A DNA stretch of 64,000 nucleotides from the NCBI GenBank assembly GCA_025929315.1, contig JAICMI010000002.1, positions 209 to 64,208 of the forward strand, given 5' to 3'. Positions 1-9,444 of this stretch are shown here, piece after piece. Each line of letters begins with the position of its first letter. The stretch's first letter is position 1. The notes under the pieces were generated by a model that was not told the DNA's origin, did not search any database, and saw nothing but the letters and a program-made list of their open reading frames with translations. The position numbers and the translations under genes are program-made. This DNA is from Frankiaceae bacterium. Lineage in GTDB: Bacteria > Actinomycetota > Actinomycetes > JAFAQI01.

Positions 1-566
1 GCGCGAGCGGACTGCCGGGGGCCGTAGGTGTTGAACGGCCTGATCACTGCTACCGGCACGTCGAACGAGTGCTTGAACGACAGCGCCATCATGTCCGCGC
101 CGATCTTGGACGCGGAGTAGGGCGACTGCGGTTGCAGCGGGTGGTCCTCGCTGATCGGCGCGGTCAGTGCGGTCCCGTAGGTCTCGCTCGTCGATGTGTG
201 GACCATGCGGCCGATTCCGAGGTGCCGGCAGGCGTTGACCACGTTGTAGGTGCCGACGACGTTGGTCTGGATGTAGCTCTCGGGTGCGACGTAGCTGTAG
301 GGGATGCCGATGAGCGCGGCGAGGTGGAAAACGGTGTCACGTCCGCGCACCGCTTCGCTGACCCGCTCACCGTCGCGGACGTCGCCGGCCATGATCTCGA
401 CGTCGTCGTCACGACCGGCGAGATATCCCGCTGAGCCGTAGGGCTTGTAGTGCACATAGGCGCGCACTTCAGCGCCGAGCGCAAGCAGATGGTCCACCAG
501 GGTGCTCCCGATGAACCCTTCGCCCCCGGTGACCAGCACCTTCCGGCCGGCCCACGACGTTGCCAC
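1..566 (-). CDS. NAD-dependent epimerase/dehydratase family protein (N-terminal part; 3' end runs off window)
   Basis: Reverse-complement translation from GTG at 564-566 gives VATSWAGRKVLVTGGEGFIGSTLVDHLLALGAEVRAYVHYKPYGSAGYL... with a GxxGxxG Rossmann motif. Start overlaps the upstream gene's TAG by 1 nt. No stop before position 1. Confidence 0.75.
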   Translation of the reverse strand, partial: MATSWAGRKVLVTGGEGFIGSTLVDHLLALGAEVRAYVHYKPYGSAGYLAGRDDDVEIMAGDVRDGERVSEAVRGRDTVFHLAALIGIPYSYVAPESYIQTNVVGTYNVVNACRHLGIGRMVHTSTSETYGTALTAPISEDHPLQPQSPYSASKIGADMMALSFKHSFDVPVAVIRPFNTYGPRQSAR

Positions 567-1621
567 TAGCGCTCCTCCTGATCCTCAACGGCGAACTCGA
601 ACAGAACCCGCTCGAATTCTTCCTTGCTCCCGATGTCCGACCAACGCTCGAGCACCGGGAACACGCTCACGCCTTGCCCGTCGCGCAGCACACAGTCGAT
701 GAGCTCGGGCATCTTGAACGGTCGATCGGCCGGCACGTACCGCAGCACGTCCGGTGACAACACGTAGATGCCACCGCTCACGAGCTGTCGCGACGTCGGC
801 TTCTCGTCGATGTGCAGCAGATGATGCTCGGCGGTGCGCAGCACACCGTAGGGCACCGTGGCCGCGTATTCGACGCCGGCCACCGTGATGGCCGATCGGT
901 GGAACCGATGGAAGTCGAGCATCGCAGCGAAGTCGATCGTCGTGACGAGATCGCCGTTGCTCACGAGCAGCGGCCCGTCCTGCGGCGGGATCAGCGACAG
1001 CGCGCCGGCGGTGTCCAGCGGCTGGTCTTCGTGGACATGATGCAGCCGCACGCCGATCGCGCCGCCGTCACCGAGGCGTTCCTCGAACAGCTCGGCGAGG
1101 TAGTTGACGGTGAGATGACACTCGGCGACGCCCGCCTCACGCATGGCACCGATGAGCCGTTCGACGATCGCCGCGCCGCCGATCTTGAGCAATGGCTTGG
1201 GCAGCTTGTCGGTGAGCGGCCGTAACCGTTCACCGCGCCCGCCGACCATGAGCACGCCCACCGGAGCAGGTGCCAGCTCAGGCGCGACGTCGGCGAGGCG
1301 GCGTACGCCGACCAGTCGCTGGTCGGCGTCGACGACTGCCAACGCCGACCGGCCGGTCCGCACGAACAGGTCGCGCACCGCGTCGTCCGTCTCGCGCGAG
1401 CGCACGAGCAGCGGCGCCGACGACAGGATCGCGGACAGGGGTGTGTCGAGTGGATGTCCGGCAAGCACCGCCCGCCGGACGTCGCCGTCACTCACCGTCG
1501 ATGTGACCCGGCCGTCACCGTCGACGACGACCGCGAGCCGGTCACCGCTGGCCCCGGCGGCGCGGAAGGCGTCGTACAGCGACTGGTCCGCACGCAAGGT
1601 CGCCACCGCCACGTCGGTCAT
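566..1621 (-). CDS. Sugar-phosphate nucleotidyltransferase with N-terminal tandem CBS domains
   Basis: ORF 566..1927(-); the likely start is M103 (MTDVAVATL...) whose ATG at 1619-1621 overlaps the murG TGA (ATGA). CBS pair followed by GGRGERLRPLTDKLPKPLL nucleotidyltransferase signature. Confidence 0.75.
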   Translation of the reverse strand: MTDVAVATLRADQSLYDAFRAAGASGDRLAVVVDGDGRVTSTVSDGDVRRAVLAGHPLDTPLSAILSSAPLLVRSRETDDAVRDLFVRTGRSALAVVDADQRLVGVRRLADVAPELAPAPVGVLMVGGRGERLRPLTDKLPKPLLKIGGAAIVERLIGAMREAGVAECHLTVNYLAELFEERLGDGGAIGVRLHHVHEDQPLDTAGALSLIPPQDGPLLVSNGDLVTTIDFAAMLDFHRFHRSAITVAGVEYAATVPYGVLRTAEHHLLHIDEKPTSRQLVSGGIYVLSPDVLRYVPADRPFKMPELIDCVLRDGQGVSVFPVLERWSDIGSKEEFERVLFEFAVEDQEER

Positions 1622-2736
1622 GAGCGCTTGCCTGCCAGCTCGAGAACCCAGCGCGCGAGCTCGTCCGCGGCGTCGGGACGGCCGACCGACCGGGCCCCGG
1701 TCGCCATCTGCTCCAGCCGGGCGCGATCGGCCGCGAAGCCCTCGATGATCGGCGCGAGCGTCGCTCCGTCGGCCTCGGCATCGGGTACGACGGTGGCTGC
1801 GCCCGCCGCCACCAGCTCGGCGGCGTTCTCGCGCTGATGGTCGCCGGTGGCGAACGGATAAGGCACGAGCACGGCCGGCAGTCCGGTCACCGCGAGCTCG
1901 GCGATGGTCCCGGCCCCGGCCCGGCACAGTGCCACGTCGGCCGCGGCGTAGGCCGAGTCCATGCGGTCAAGATAAGCGACGGGGTGGACGACCCCCTCCG
2001 CTCCCGCATCGCGCAGCAGCGGCCGGACGTCCTCCGCGGCGCGCGCGCCCACCTTGAGCAGGATGTGCAGATCGCCGCGGTCGGCCCAGCGCCGGCCCAG
2101 CTCGATCGCCGCCGTACTCAGGCGGGTGGCGCCCTGGCTGCCGCCCATGACGAAGAGAACGAAGGCGTCCGCCGGGAGCCCGAGCGCTTGCCGTGCGGAT
2201 GCGCGGACGGATGCGCGGTCGAAGCCGGCGAACTCGGGGGCGAGAGGCATGCCGGTCACCCGGATGGTCCGGTCGGCCGGGAACGCGGAGACCGCGTTGG
2301 GGAAGGCCGTGGCGATGTTGATGGTCAGCCGCGCCGCCAGCAGGTTGGCCTTGCCGGGGATCGCCCCGGACTCGTGGATCAGAGAAGGCAGCCCGGCGAG
2401 CCGGGCACCGAGCAGCAGCGGGGCGCTCGCGTAGCCCCCCATGCCGACGGCCACGTCGGCGCCGCGGCGCCGCAGCAGCGCGTGGGCCTGCCACCCGCCC
2501 CGCATCAGCGCGGCCGGGAGCACGAACCGGTTGGCCCCGGTGAACGGCACCATCGCGACGACGTCCAGCTCGTAGCCCGAGCGCGGGATGACCTCGCCCT
2601 CGAGACCGCGGCGGGTGCCGACAAAGCTGACCGTGGCGCCCGGCTCGAGCCGGCGGATCGCGGCGGCCAACGCCAGCCCGGGGTAGATGTGTCCGCCGGT
2701 GCCACCGGCGGCGATGACGACGCGAGGTTCGGTCAT
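1618..2736 (-). CDS. murG: UDP-N-acetylglucosamine--N-acetylmuramyl-(pentapeptide) pyrophosphoryl-undecaprenol GlcNAc transferase MurG
   Basis: MTEPRVVIAAGGTGGHIYPGLALA... is the classic MurG N-terminus (ATG 2734-2736), 10 nt after the ftsW stop. An alternative upstream start at 2811 would overlap ftsW. Confidence 0.9.
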   Translation of the reverse strand: MTEPRVVIAAGGTGGHIYPGLALAAAIRRLEPGATVSFVGTRRGLEGEVIPRSGYELDVVAMVPFTGANRFVLPAALMRGGWQAHALLRRRGADVAVGMGGYASAPLLLGARLAGLPSLIHESGAIPGKANLLAARLTINIATAFPNAVSAFPADRTIRVTGMPLAPEFAGFDRASVRASARQALGLPADAFVLFVMGGSQGATRLSTAAIELGRRWADRGDLHILLKVGARAAEDVRPLLRDAGAEGVVHPVAYLDRMDSAYAAADVALCRAGAGTIAELAVTGLPAVLVPYPFATGDHQRENAAELVAAGAATVVPDAEADGATLAPIIEGFAADRARLEQMATGARSVGRPDAADELARWVLELAGKRS

Positions 2737-2746
2737 CGGCGCCGGT

Positions 2747-3940
2747 TCATCGGCGGGGACGCCGACGGGAGCCGGCCGCCGCGGTCTCCCGTCCCACGCC
2801 GCCGAGGACACCGAGGCCGAACATCGTGAAGATCAACGACGAGCCGCCGAAGGAGACAAAGGGCAGCGGTACGCCGGTGACCGGCAGCAGTCCGACGACC
2901 GCGCACATGTTGATCAGGGCCTGCCCGATGATCCACGCGGTGATGCCGCCGGCGACCATCTGCTGGAAGGGCTCACGCGCCTCGCGTGCGATCCGGAACC
3001 CGGCATAACCGAGTACGGCGAACAAGGCGATCACGACGAGGCCGCCGAGCAGGCCGAGCTCTTCGCCGATGACGGCGAAGATGTAGTCGGTGTACTGGTT
3101 GGGGAGATAGCCCCACTTGGACCGGCTCGCGCCGAGACCGAGCCCCCACCAGCCGCCGGACGCGATCGCGTAGATGCCCTGGACGGTCTGGTAGCCCCCG
3201 GCACTCGCGGACTTGAACGGATCGGCGAACGAGGTCAGCCGGGCCAGCCGGTAGGGCTCGACCACGGCCAGCAGGCTGAACGCACCCGCGAGGCCCGAGA
3301 ACGTCCAGAAGAACACCTTGCGCGGCGCCCCGGCGAACGCCAGCAGCGCGAGCAGGATGACCACGAGCACCGTCGCCGTTCCCATGTCGGGCTCGGCGAT
3401 GACCAGGAGGATGAGCAGCAGCGCTGCCGGTACGACGGGAACGAGCAGGTGACGCAGCTCGCCGAGCCGCTTCTGCTTGCGGGCCATGACGTCAGCGCCG
3501 GCCAGGACGAGCGCGACCTTGGCGAGCTCACTGGGTTGCAGCTGCAACGGCCCGACACCGATCCATCGGGTCGCGCCGTAGACGTTGCGGCCGACCCCTG
3601 GAGTGAGGACGGCGACGAGCAGCACGATCGCTGCCACCAGAAGTGGATAGCTGATCTTGCGAGTGATGCGGGTCGGCAGCCGCAGGCCGAGGAACAGCCC
3701 GGGAAGACCCAGCGCGAACCACAACGCCTGCTTTTCGAAGATCGAGAACGACGACCCGCTCGCGGCGTAGGAGGCCACGCTCGACGCCGAGAGCACCATG
3801 ACCAGGCCGAGCAGGATGAGCAGGGTCCCGCTGCCGAGAGCGAGGTGCGCGGCCGCGCGTGGGCGCGCGAACGCCGGCAGCGGGCGTGCCGCCGGGCGGC
3901 TCCGGCCCCGGCTCCGGGAGGCAACCGTCGTGGAGGTCAT
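2747..3940 (-). CDS. ftsW: Peptidoglycan glycosyltransferase FtsW (SEDS family)
   Basis: Multi-TM SEDS sequence (…GGWWGLGLGASRSKWGYLPNQYTDYIFAVIGEELG…). Start taken at MTSTTVASRS (ATG 3938-3940); the longer ORF N-terminus overlaps murD out of frame. Confidence 0.85.
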   Translation of the reverse strand: MTSTTVASRSRGRSRPAARPLPAFARPRAAAHLALGSGTLLILLGLVMVLSASSVASYAASGSSFSIFEKQALWFALGLPGLFLGLRLPTRITRKISYPLLVAAIVLLVAVLTPGVGRNVYGATRWIGVGPLQLQPSELAKVALVLAGADVMARKQKRLGELRHLLVPVVPAALLLILLVIAEPDMGTATVLVVILLALLAFAGAPRKVFFWTFSGLAGAFSLLAVVEPYRLARLTSFADPFKSASAGGYQTVQGIYAIASGGWWGLGLGASRSKWGYLPNQYTDYIFAVIGEELGLLGGLVVIALFAVLGYAGFRIAREAREPFQQMVAGGITAWIIGQALINMCAVVGLLPVTGVPLPFVSFGGSSLIFTMFGLGVLGGVGRETAAAGSRRRPRR

Positions 3941-3965
3941 GGCTGCATCGTCATGAGCGGGGTCG

Positions 3966-5414
3966 TCATGAGCGGGCGATCCGATCCCGCGCTGCACGTG
4001 CGAACAGATCGCCGCGTTCGGCGTAGTCCCGGAACTGATCCATGCTCGCGGCAGCCGGGGCGAGCAGCACGGTGTCACCGGGCAGCGCGAGCTGACCGGC
4101 CGCGGCGACCGCGTCCTGCATGACATCAGTGTCGCGAGACGTGACCTCGACAACCGGCACATCCGGCGCGTGTCGCGCCAGGGCATGCAGAAGTGGCGCA
4201 CGGTCGACACCGATGGCGACGACCGCCCGGAGCCGACCGGCCTGTTCGGCGACCAGAGGCCCGACGTCGGCGCCCTTGAACAGGCCGCCGGCCACCCAGA
4301 CGACCGAGGGGTAGGACGACAGACTCGCCGCAGCAGCATGAGGGTTGGTGGCCTTGGAGTCATCCACCCAGGTGACGTCGTCGGCCTCGGCGACGACCTC
4401 GTTGCGATGTCGGCCGGGACTGTAGGCGCGCAACCCCTCTCCGACCGCCGGCCAAGGAATCAGGGCGTCGCCGCGCAACCCGAACACCTTGCACACGGCG
4501 GCGGCCGCAAGCGCGTTGGCGACGTTGTGGGAGCCGACCACCCGAAGCTCGTCGACCCGGACGAGCGGAATGCCACCGTCCCGCACCGGCGGCGGGTCCG
4601 GCTCGAGCTCGGGGCTGAGTCCGGACATGCGGTCGACGAGCACACCGTCGACGACGCCGAAGCCGCCCCAGCTCGCCTCGCCGAGCGTGAACGGGTGCGG
4701 GTCGTCGAGATGCTCGGGCGCCAGCTCCGCAACGAGAGGGTCGTCGGCGTTGTAGGCACCGCAGCCGCCGTGGCGCCACACCGCCGCCTTGTCCGCCGCG
4801 TAAGCCTCGAGTGAGCCATGCCAGTCGAGATGGTCGGGTGCGATGTTGAGCAGGACCGCGGCCTCGGGCGCGAGGTCGCGACTCCAGTGCAGCTGGAAGC
4901 TGGACAGCTCGACCGCGAGGACGTCGTACGACGGCTTCGCGAGGACGGCAGTCGTCAGCGGCAGGCCGACATTGCCGGCGGCAATGGTCCGGAGTCCGGC
5001 GGCGCGGAGGATCGACTCGACCATGCCGACAGTCGTGGTCTTGCCGTTGGTGCCGGTCACCGCCACCCACGGCGCCGATCGGCCGTTGGTAACCGGGCGG
5101 ATCCGCCAGGCAAGCTCAGGCTCGCCGATGACTTCCGCGCCGGCGGCAAGCGCGGCGGCGAGAAGCGGCTGGTCCGGCCGCCAGCCAGGCGAGGTGACAA
5201 CCAGGTCGGCGTCGACAGGCGTCTCGGCGTCACCGAGCCGCACCTCGGCTCCGCGGGCGCGCAGCCCCTCGGCGACCTCCTGCTCGCCCGGTCCGGATCG
5301 ACCATCGACGACAAGGACCGACGCACCGCGGTCGAGCAGCGCGTCCGCGGCGGCGAGGCCGGACACGGCCATGCCGGCGACGACGACGCGTCGGCCGGCG
5401 AACTCGGAGGTCAC
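3966..5414 (-). CDS. murD: UDP-N-acetylmuramoylalanine--D-glutamate ligase MurD
   Basis: GTG at 5412-5414 overlaps the mraY TGA (GTGA). [31 protein letters not shown]... then [11 protein letters not shown] Mur ligase P-loop. Confidence 0.9.
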   Translation of the reverse strand: MTSEFAGRRVVVAGMAVSGLAAADALLDRGASVLVVDGRSGPGEQEVAEGLRARGAEVRLGDAETPVDADLVVTSPGWRPDQPLLAAALAAGAEVIGEPELAWRIRPVTNGRSAPWVAVTGTNGKTTTVGMVESILRAAGLRTIAAGNVGLPLTTAVLAKPSYDVLAVELSSFQLHWSRDLAPEAAVLLNIAPDHLDWHGSLEAYAADKAAVWRHGGCGAYNADDPLVAELAPEHLDDPHPFTLGEASWGGFGVVDGVLVDRMSGLSPELEPDPPPVRDGGIPLVRVDELRVVGSHNVANALAAAAVCKVFGLRGDALIPWPAVGEGLRAYSPGRHRNEVVAEADDVTWVDDSKATNPHAAAASLSSYPSVVWVAGGLFKGADVGPLVAEQAGRLRAVVAIGVDRAPLLHALARHAPDVPVVEVTSRDTDVMQDAVAAAGQLALPGDTVLLAPAAASMDQFRDYAERGDLFARAARDRIARS

Positions 5415-6481
5415 CGCAATGAGCCGTGCGAAAGAAACTCGGCGTAGAAGACACCCAGGCCGAACGCGACCGCGAGACCGGCGATGATCCAGAACCGCAC
5501 GATCACGGTGTTCTCGTTCCACCCGGCGAGCTCGAAGTGGTGGTGCACCGGTGCCATGTTGAACACACGTCGCCGGAAGAACCGGAAGGCGACCACTTGC
5601 ACGATCACCGAGGCGGCCTCGACGACGTACAAGCCGCCGAGCACGATGAGCAGCAGCTCGGTGTGGGTCGTCATCGCAATGCCGGCAAGTGCACCGCCGA
5701 GAGCGAGTGAACCGGTGTCGCCCATGAAGATGCGTGCCGGCGAGGCGTTCCACCACAAGAAGCCGAAGCAGGCGCCCATTGCTGCGGCGGCTACAACTGC
5801 GATGTCGAGCGGGTCACGCACGTCGTAGCAGTTGGTGACGGGCAGCGGGTTGACGCAGTTGTTGCCGAACTCCCAGAACGCGATGATCACGTAGGCGCCG
5901 AACACCATGCACGACGCACCGCTCGCCAGCCCGTCGAGGCCGTCGGTGAGGTTCACCCCGTTCGACGTGGCGGCGATCATGAAATAGGCCCAGATCACGA
6001 ACAGGATGCCGCCGAAGTCGAGGCCGTAGTCGCGCACGAACGACAGATGTGTCGATGCCGGTGCGAGACCGTGCACGTTCACGAAGCGAGTGCCGAGGAC
6101 GCCGAAGGCCACCGCGACAATCGCTTGACCACCGAACTTTGCCGTCGCGGTCAAACCGAGGCTGCGCTGCTTGCGAATCTTGATGAAGTCGTCCAGGAAA
6201 CCGACGGCGCCGAGACCCGTCATCAAGCCGATGACGAGCAGACCTGACGCTGTGAATCCGCGCAGTGGCACGACATGCGCTGCCACATATCCCAGCAGCG
6301 TCGCGAGGATGATGACAGTACCGCCCATGGTCGGCGTGCCGCGCTTCGTGTGATGCGTGGTCGGTCCGTCGTCACGAATCAGCTGGCCATAACCCCGTGC
6401 ACGGAAGAGCCTGATCGCAAACGGCGTGCCGAGCAGCGACACGATGAGGGACACCAACGCAGCGACGAGAACGTTTCTCAT
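5411..6481 (-). CDS. mraY: Phospho-N-acetylmuramoyl-pentapeptide transferase MraY
   Basis: [26 protein letters not shown]... polytopic membrane protein. ATG at 6479-6481 overlaps the murF TGA (ATGA). Confidence 0.9.
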   Translation of the reverse strand: MRNVLVAALVSLIVSLLGTPFAIRLFRARGYGQLIRDDGPTTHHTKRGTPTMGGTVIILATLLGYVAAHVVPLRGFTASGLLVIGLMTGLGAVGFLDDFIKIRKQRSLGLTATAKFGGQAIVAVAFGVLGTRFVNVHGLAPASTHLSFVRDYGLDFGGILFVIWAYFMIAATSNGVNLTDGLDGLASGASCMVFGAYVIIAFWEFGNNCVNPLPVTNCYDVRDPLDIAVVAAAAMGACFGFLWWNASPARIFMGDTGSLALGGALAGIAMTTHTELLLIVLGGLYVVEAASVIVQVVAFRFFRRRVFNMAPVHHHFELAGWNENTVIVRFWIIAGLAVAFGLGVFYAEFLSHGSLR

Positions 6482-7872
6482 GCAGACGCCCCCGCCGTCT
6501 GCACGGCCAGGATTTCGTCGGCGATCTCCCACAACCGCAGCGAGTTGGACGCCTTGACCAGAACCGCGTCGGTGTTGCGCAGCTCCGCCGTCAGCACCGC
6601 GGTCGCGGCTGTGGCGTCGGGCACGACGCGGGCATGTCCCGCCCACGACGGCGAGCGGGCACCGTCGGCATTGGGCGCAGCGGCGTCGTTGGCCAGCAGC
6701 TCGTCGACCGCGGTCGCCGCCACGACCTCACCGACGCCGCGATGCAGGGACGCGGACTCGTCGCCGAGCTCGCGCATCTCGCCGAGCACTGCCCACCGCC
6801 GACGGCCTGCAGCCAGGCGAACAAAGGCCTCGAGCGCGGCACGCATCGACTCGGGATTGGCGTTGTAGGCGTCGTCGACGACGAGCAGCCCGTCGCTGCG
6901 CTCGCGCACATCCATCCGATGGGCACTGCGAGCGTGAGCATCAGACAGCCCGGCAACGATCTCGTCGAGCGCCAACCCGCGAGCCAGCGCCGCAGCAGCC
7001 GTCGCGGCCGCGTTCATCGCGTGATGCGCGCCGGAGAGCTGCATCCGGACGCGGGCCTCGCCGGCAAAGGTACGCAGAGCGAAAGAGGGGCGGGCGCGGT
7101 CGTCGAGCTCGAGCTCGTCGAGACGCACATCGGCGTCCGGTGCCGTACCGAACGTCAGCACGCGTGCCGACGTTCGCGCCGCCATCGCGCGCACGAGTGC
7201 GTCGTCGGCGTTGAGCACCGCCGTGCCGTCGGGCGGCAGTGCCTCGACCAGCTCACCCTTGGCGGTCGCGATCGCCTCGCGCGAACCGAACTCCCCCAGG
7301 TGTGCCGCCCCGACATTGAGCACGACGCCGATCTGAGGCGGCGCGATCGAGCAGAGGTAGGCGATGTGACCTGTGCCGCGCGCGCTGTATTCACAGACCA
7401 ACGTCGAGGTGTTCTCGTCGACCGACAGCACGGTCAGCGGCAGACCGATCTCGTTGTTGAACGAGTTCTCCGGCGCGACGACCGGACCACCGCGCGCCAG
7501 CACTTGCGCGAGCAGGTCCTTGGTCGACGTCTTGCCGCTGGAACCCGTGACGCCGACAACGGTGCAGCGGTCGGCGCGCGCGAGCATGCCAGCGGCCAGT
7601 GACCCGAGCGCACGCTGCGGATCGTCCACCACGATCGCGGGCACGCCGACCTCTCGCGCAGCGAGCACGACGATCGCGCCGGCGCGAATCGCGTCGGCAG
7701 CGAACGCGTGCCCGTCGGCGTGCTCACCGACGAGACAGACGAACAACCCGCCCGGCTCGACGCGGCGCGAGTCGATGACCACGCTGCTCGTCACGGCCGC
7801 CTGCGGATCTGCACCGTCGGCAAGCCGGCCGCTGGTGAGTCGCGCGACCTCGCCAAGATCGAGTGGAATCAT
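6478..7872 (-). CDS. murF: UDP-N-acetylmuramoyl-tripeptide--D-alanyl-D-alanine ligase MurF
   Basis: [17 protein letters not shown]...[17 protein letters not shown] Mur ligase motifs. Overlaps the murE stop. Confidence 0.9.
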   Translation of the reverse strand: MIPLDLGEVARLTSGRLADGADPQAAVTSSVVIDSRRVEPGGLFVCLVGEHADGHAFAADAIRAGAIVVLAAREVGVPAIVVDDPQRALGSLAAGMLARADRCTVVGVTGSSGKTSTKDLLAQVLARGGPVVAPENSFNNEIGLPLTVLSVDENTSTLVCEYSARGTGHIAYLCSIAPPQIGVVLNVGAAHLGEFGSREAIATAKGELVEALPPDGTAVLNADDALVRAMAARTSARVLTFGTAPDADVRLDELELDDRARPSFALRTFAGEARVRMQLSGAHHAMNAAATAAAALARGLALDEIVAGLSDAHARSAHRMDVRERSDGLLVVDDAYNANPESMRAALEAFVRLAAGRRRWAVLGEMRELGDESASLHRGVGEVVAATAVDELLANDAAAPNADGARSPSWAGHARVVPDATAATAVLTAELRNTDAVLVKASNSLRLWEIADEILAVQTAGASA

Positions 7873-9398
7873 GCCGGCCGCGCACCTGCCCGCGACGTCA
7901 GCACCTCGCGCACCACCTGGCGGTCGTCGAACGGCAGCACGACGCCGTCCTGCTCCTGGCCTTGCTCGTGACCTTTGCCGGCCACCACGACGACATCGCC
8001 GGGACGCGCGGCCGCGAGGGCGTGGTCGATGGCGAGGCGACGGTCGGGCTCGACGAGCACCTCGCCGACACCATCCGACTGCCGCGCCCCGGCGAGCATC
8101 GCGTCGAGAATCGTCCGGGGATCCTCGGAGCGCGGGTTGTCGTTGGTCAGCACGGCAACATCGGCACCGGTCGCCGCAGCGGCCCCCATGAGCGGTCGTT
8201 TGCCGCTGTCCCGATCACCGCCACACCCGAGGACGACGATCACGCGACCACCTTCGGACGCCATCGCGCGGGCCTCGACGAGCAGCTGCCCGACCGCTGC
8301 CGGCGTGTGCGCATAGTCGACGATCGCCGTGAACGGCTGGCCCGTGTCGACGCGTTCCATCCGGCCCGGCACTGCGGTGAGCTCGGCGATGCCCCGCGCC
8401 GCGTCTGCGGCCGCGATGCCGGCCTCGACGAGTACGACGAACGCGAGGGCTGCGTTGTCGAGGTTGAACCTGCCGGGCAGGCGGACGTCGAGACGGTGCT
8501 CACTGCCAGCAGGACTGCGGACGACGACGCTGCCGCCGGCACCGGTGATCGTCGGTGCGTCGAGCACCCAGTCGGCGTCCGCTCGGCCGATAGTCGTCAC
8601 CGGGACACCGGCCTCTCGGGCCAGCCGACGCCCCCACTCGTCGTCGACGGCGACGACTCCGCGTCGGCTCAGCTCCGGGGTGAAAAGCCGGGCCTTCGCC
8701 GCGAAGTAGTCCTCCATGTCGGCGTGGAAGTCGAGGTGGTCCTGCGAAAGGTTGGTGAACCCGGCCACGGCGAAGACGGTGCCTTCGACGCGGTCGAGCG
8801 CGAGCGCGTGGCTGGACACCTCCATCGCCACGTCCGTGACAGCGCGCTCTCGCATGACGGCGAACAGTGCCTGGAGGTCAGTGGCCTCCGGCGTCGTACG
8901 CAGGCTCGGCATGGCGGTCCCCGCCACCACCGACTCGATCGTGCCGACCAGGCCGGTACGACGTCCGGCCGCGCGGAGGCCGGCCTCGACGAGATAGGCG
9001 GTCGTGGTCTTGCCGTTGGTCCCCGTCAGGCCAATGACGACCAGGTCCTGGGAGGGGTCGCCGTAAACCCACGCCGCCGCCGGACCGGTCACGGCGCGCG
9101 GGTCCGCAACCTCGACGACCGCGGCCGACCCGGCCGCCATGGCCGTGCCGACCGAGTCGGCGTCGGTGAGCACGGCGACCGCGCCGGCGGTCATGGCGTC
9201 GGCCAGGAAGCTGATCCCGTGTGCGCGCTCACCGGCGCGCGCAAGATAGAGGTCACCCTGCTGCACCTGCCGGGAGTCATGGGTGATGCCGGCGACGTTC
9301 ACGCCGGGATCGCCGTGCAGACGAGCGCCGTGGAGTCGCTCGACCAGCCCGCCCACCGGCTGGGCGGCAACCTGCTCCGGGCGCAGCTGGTCAGGCAT
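7869..9398 (-). CDS. murE: UDP-N-acetylmuramoyl-L-alanyl-D-glutamate--2,6-diaminopimelate ligase MurE
   Basis: ...[16 protein letters not shown]... and DNPR motif (meso-DAP specificity) near the C-terminus. Confidence 0.9.
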   Translation of the reverse strand: MPDQLRPEQVAAQPVGGLVERLHGARLHGDPGVNVAGITHDSRQVQQGDLYLARAGERAHGISFLADAMTAGAVAVLTDADSVGTAMAAGSAAVVEVADPRAVTGPAAAWVYGDPSQDLVVIGLTGTNGKTTTAYLVEAGLRAAGRRTGLVGTIESVVAGTAMPSLRTTPEATDLQALFAVMRERAVTDVAMEVSSHALALDRVEGTVFAVAGFTNLSQDHLDFHADMEDYFAAKARLFTPELSRRGVVAVDDEWGRRLAREAGVPVTTIGRADADWVLDAPTITGAGGSVVVRSPAGSEHRLDVRLPGRFNLDNAALAFVVLVEAGIAAADAARGIAELTAVPGRMERVDTGQPFTAIVDYAHTPAAVGQLLVEARAMASEGGRVIVVLGCGGDRDSGKRPLMGAAAATGADVAVLTNDNPRSEDPRTILDAMLAGARQSDGVGEVLVEPDRRLAIDHALAAARPGDVVVVAGKGHEQGQEQDGVVLPFDDRQVVREVLTSRAGARPA

Positions 9399-9444
9399 CG
9401 GCTGGCAGGTTACCGGGGTTGCTGCATTGCCCTGAAAACACAGC

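Noticed and set aside
1837-4123. Long plus-strand ORFs (1837..2829 330 aa; 2687..4123 478 aa) rich in R/G/D/P
   Set aside because: They are antisense to murG/ftsW. In >70% GC DNA, stop-free antisense frames are expected. Low-complexity composition with no domain signatures.
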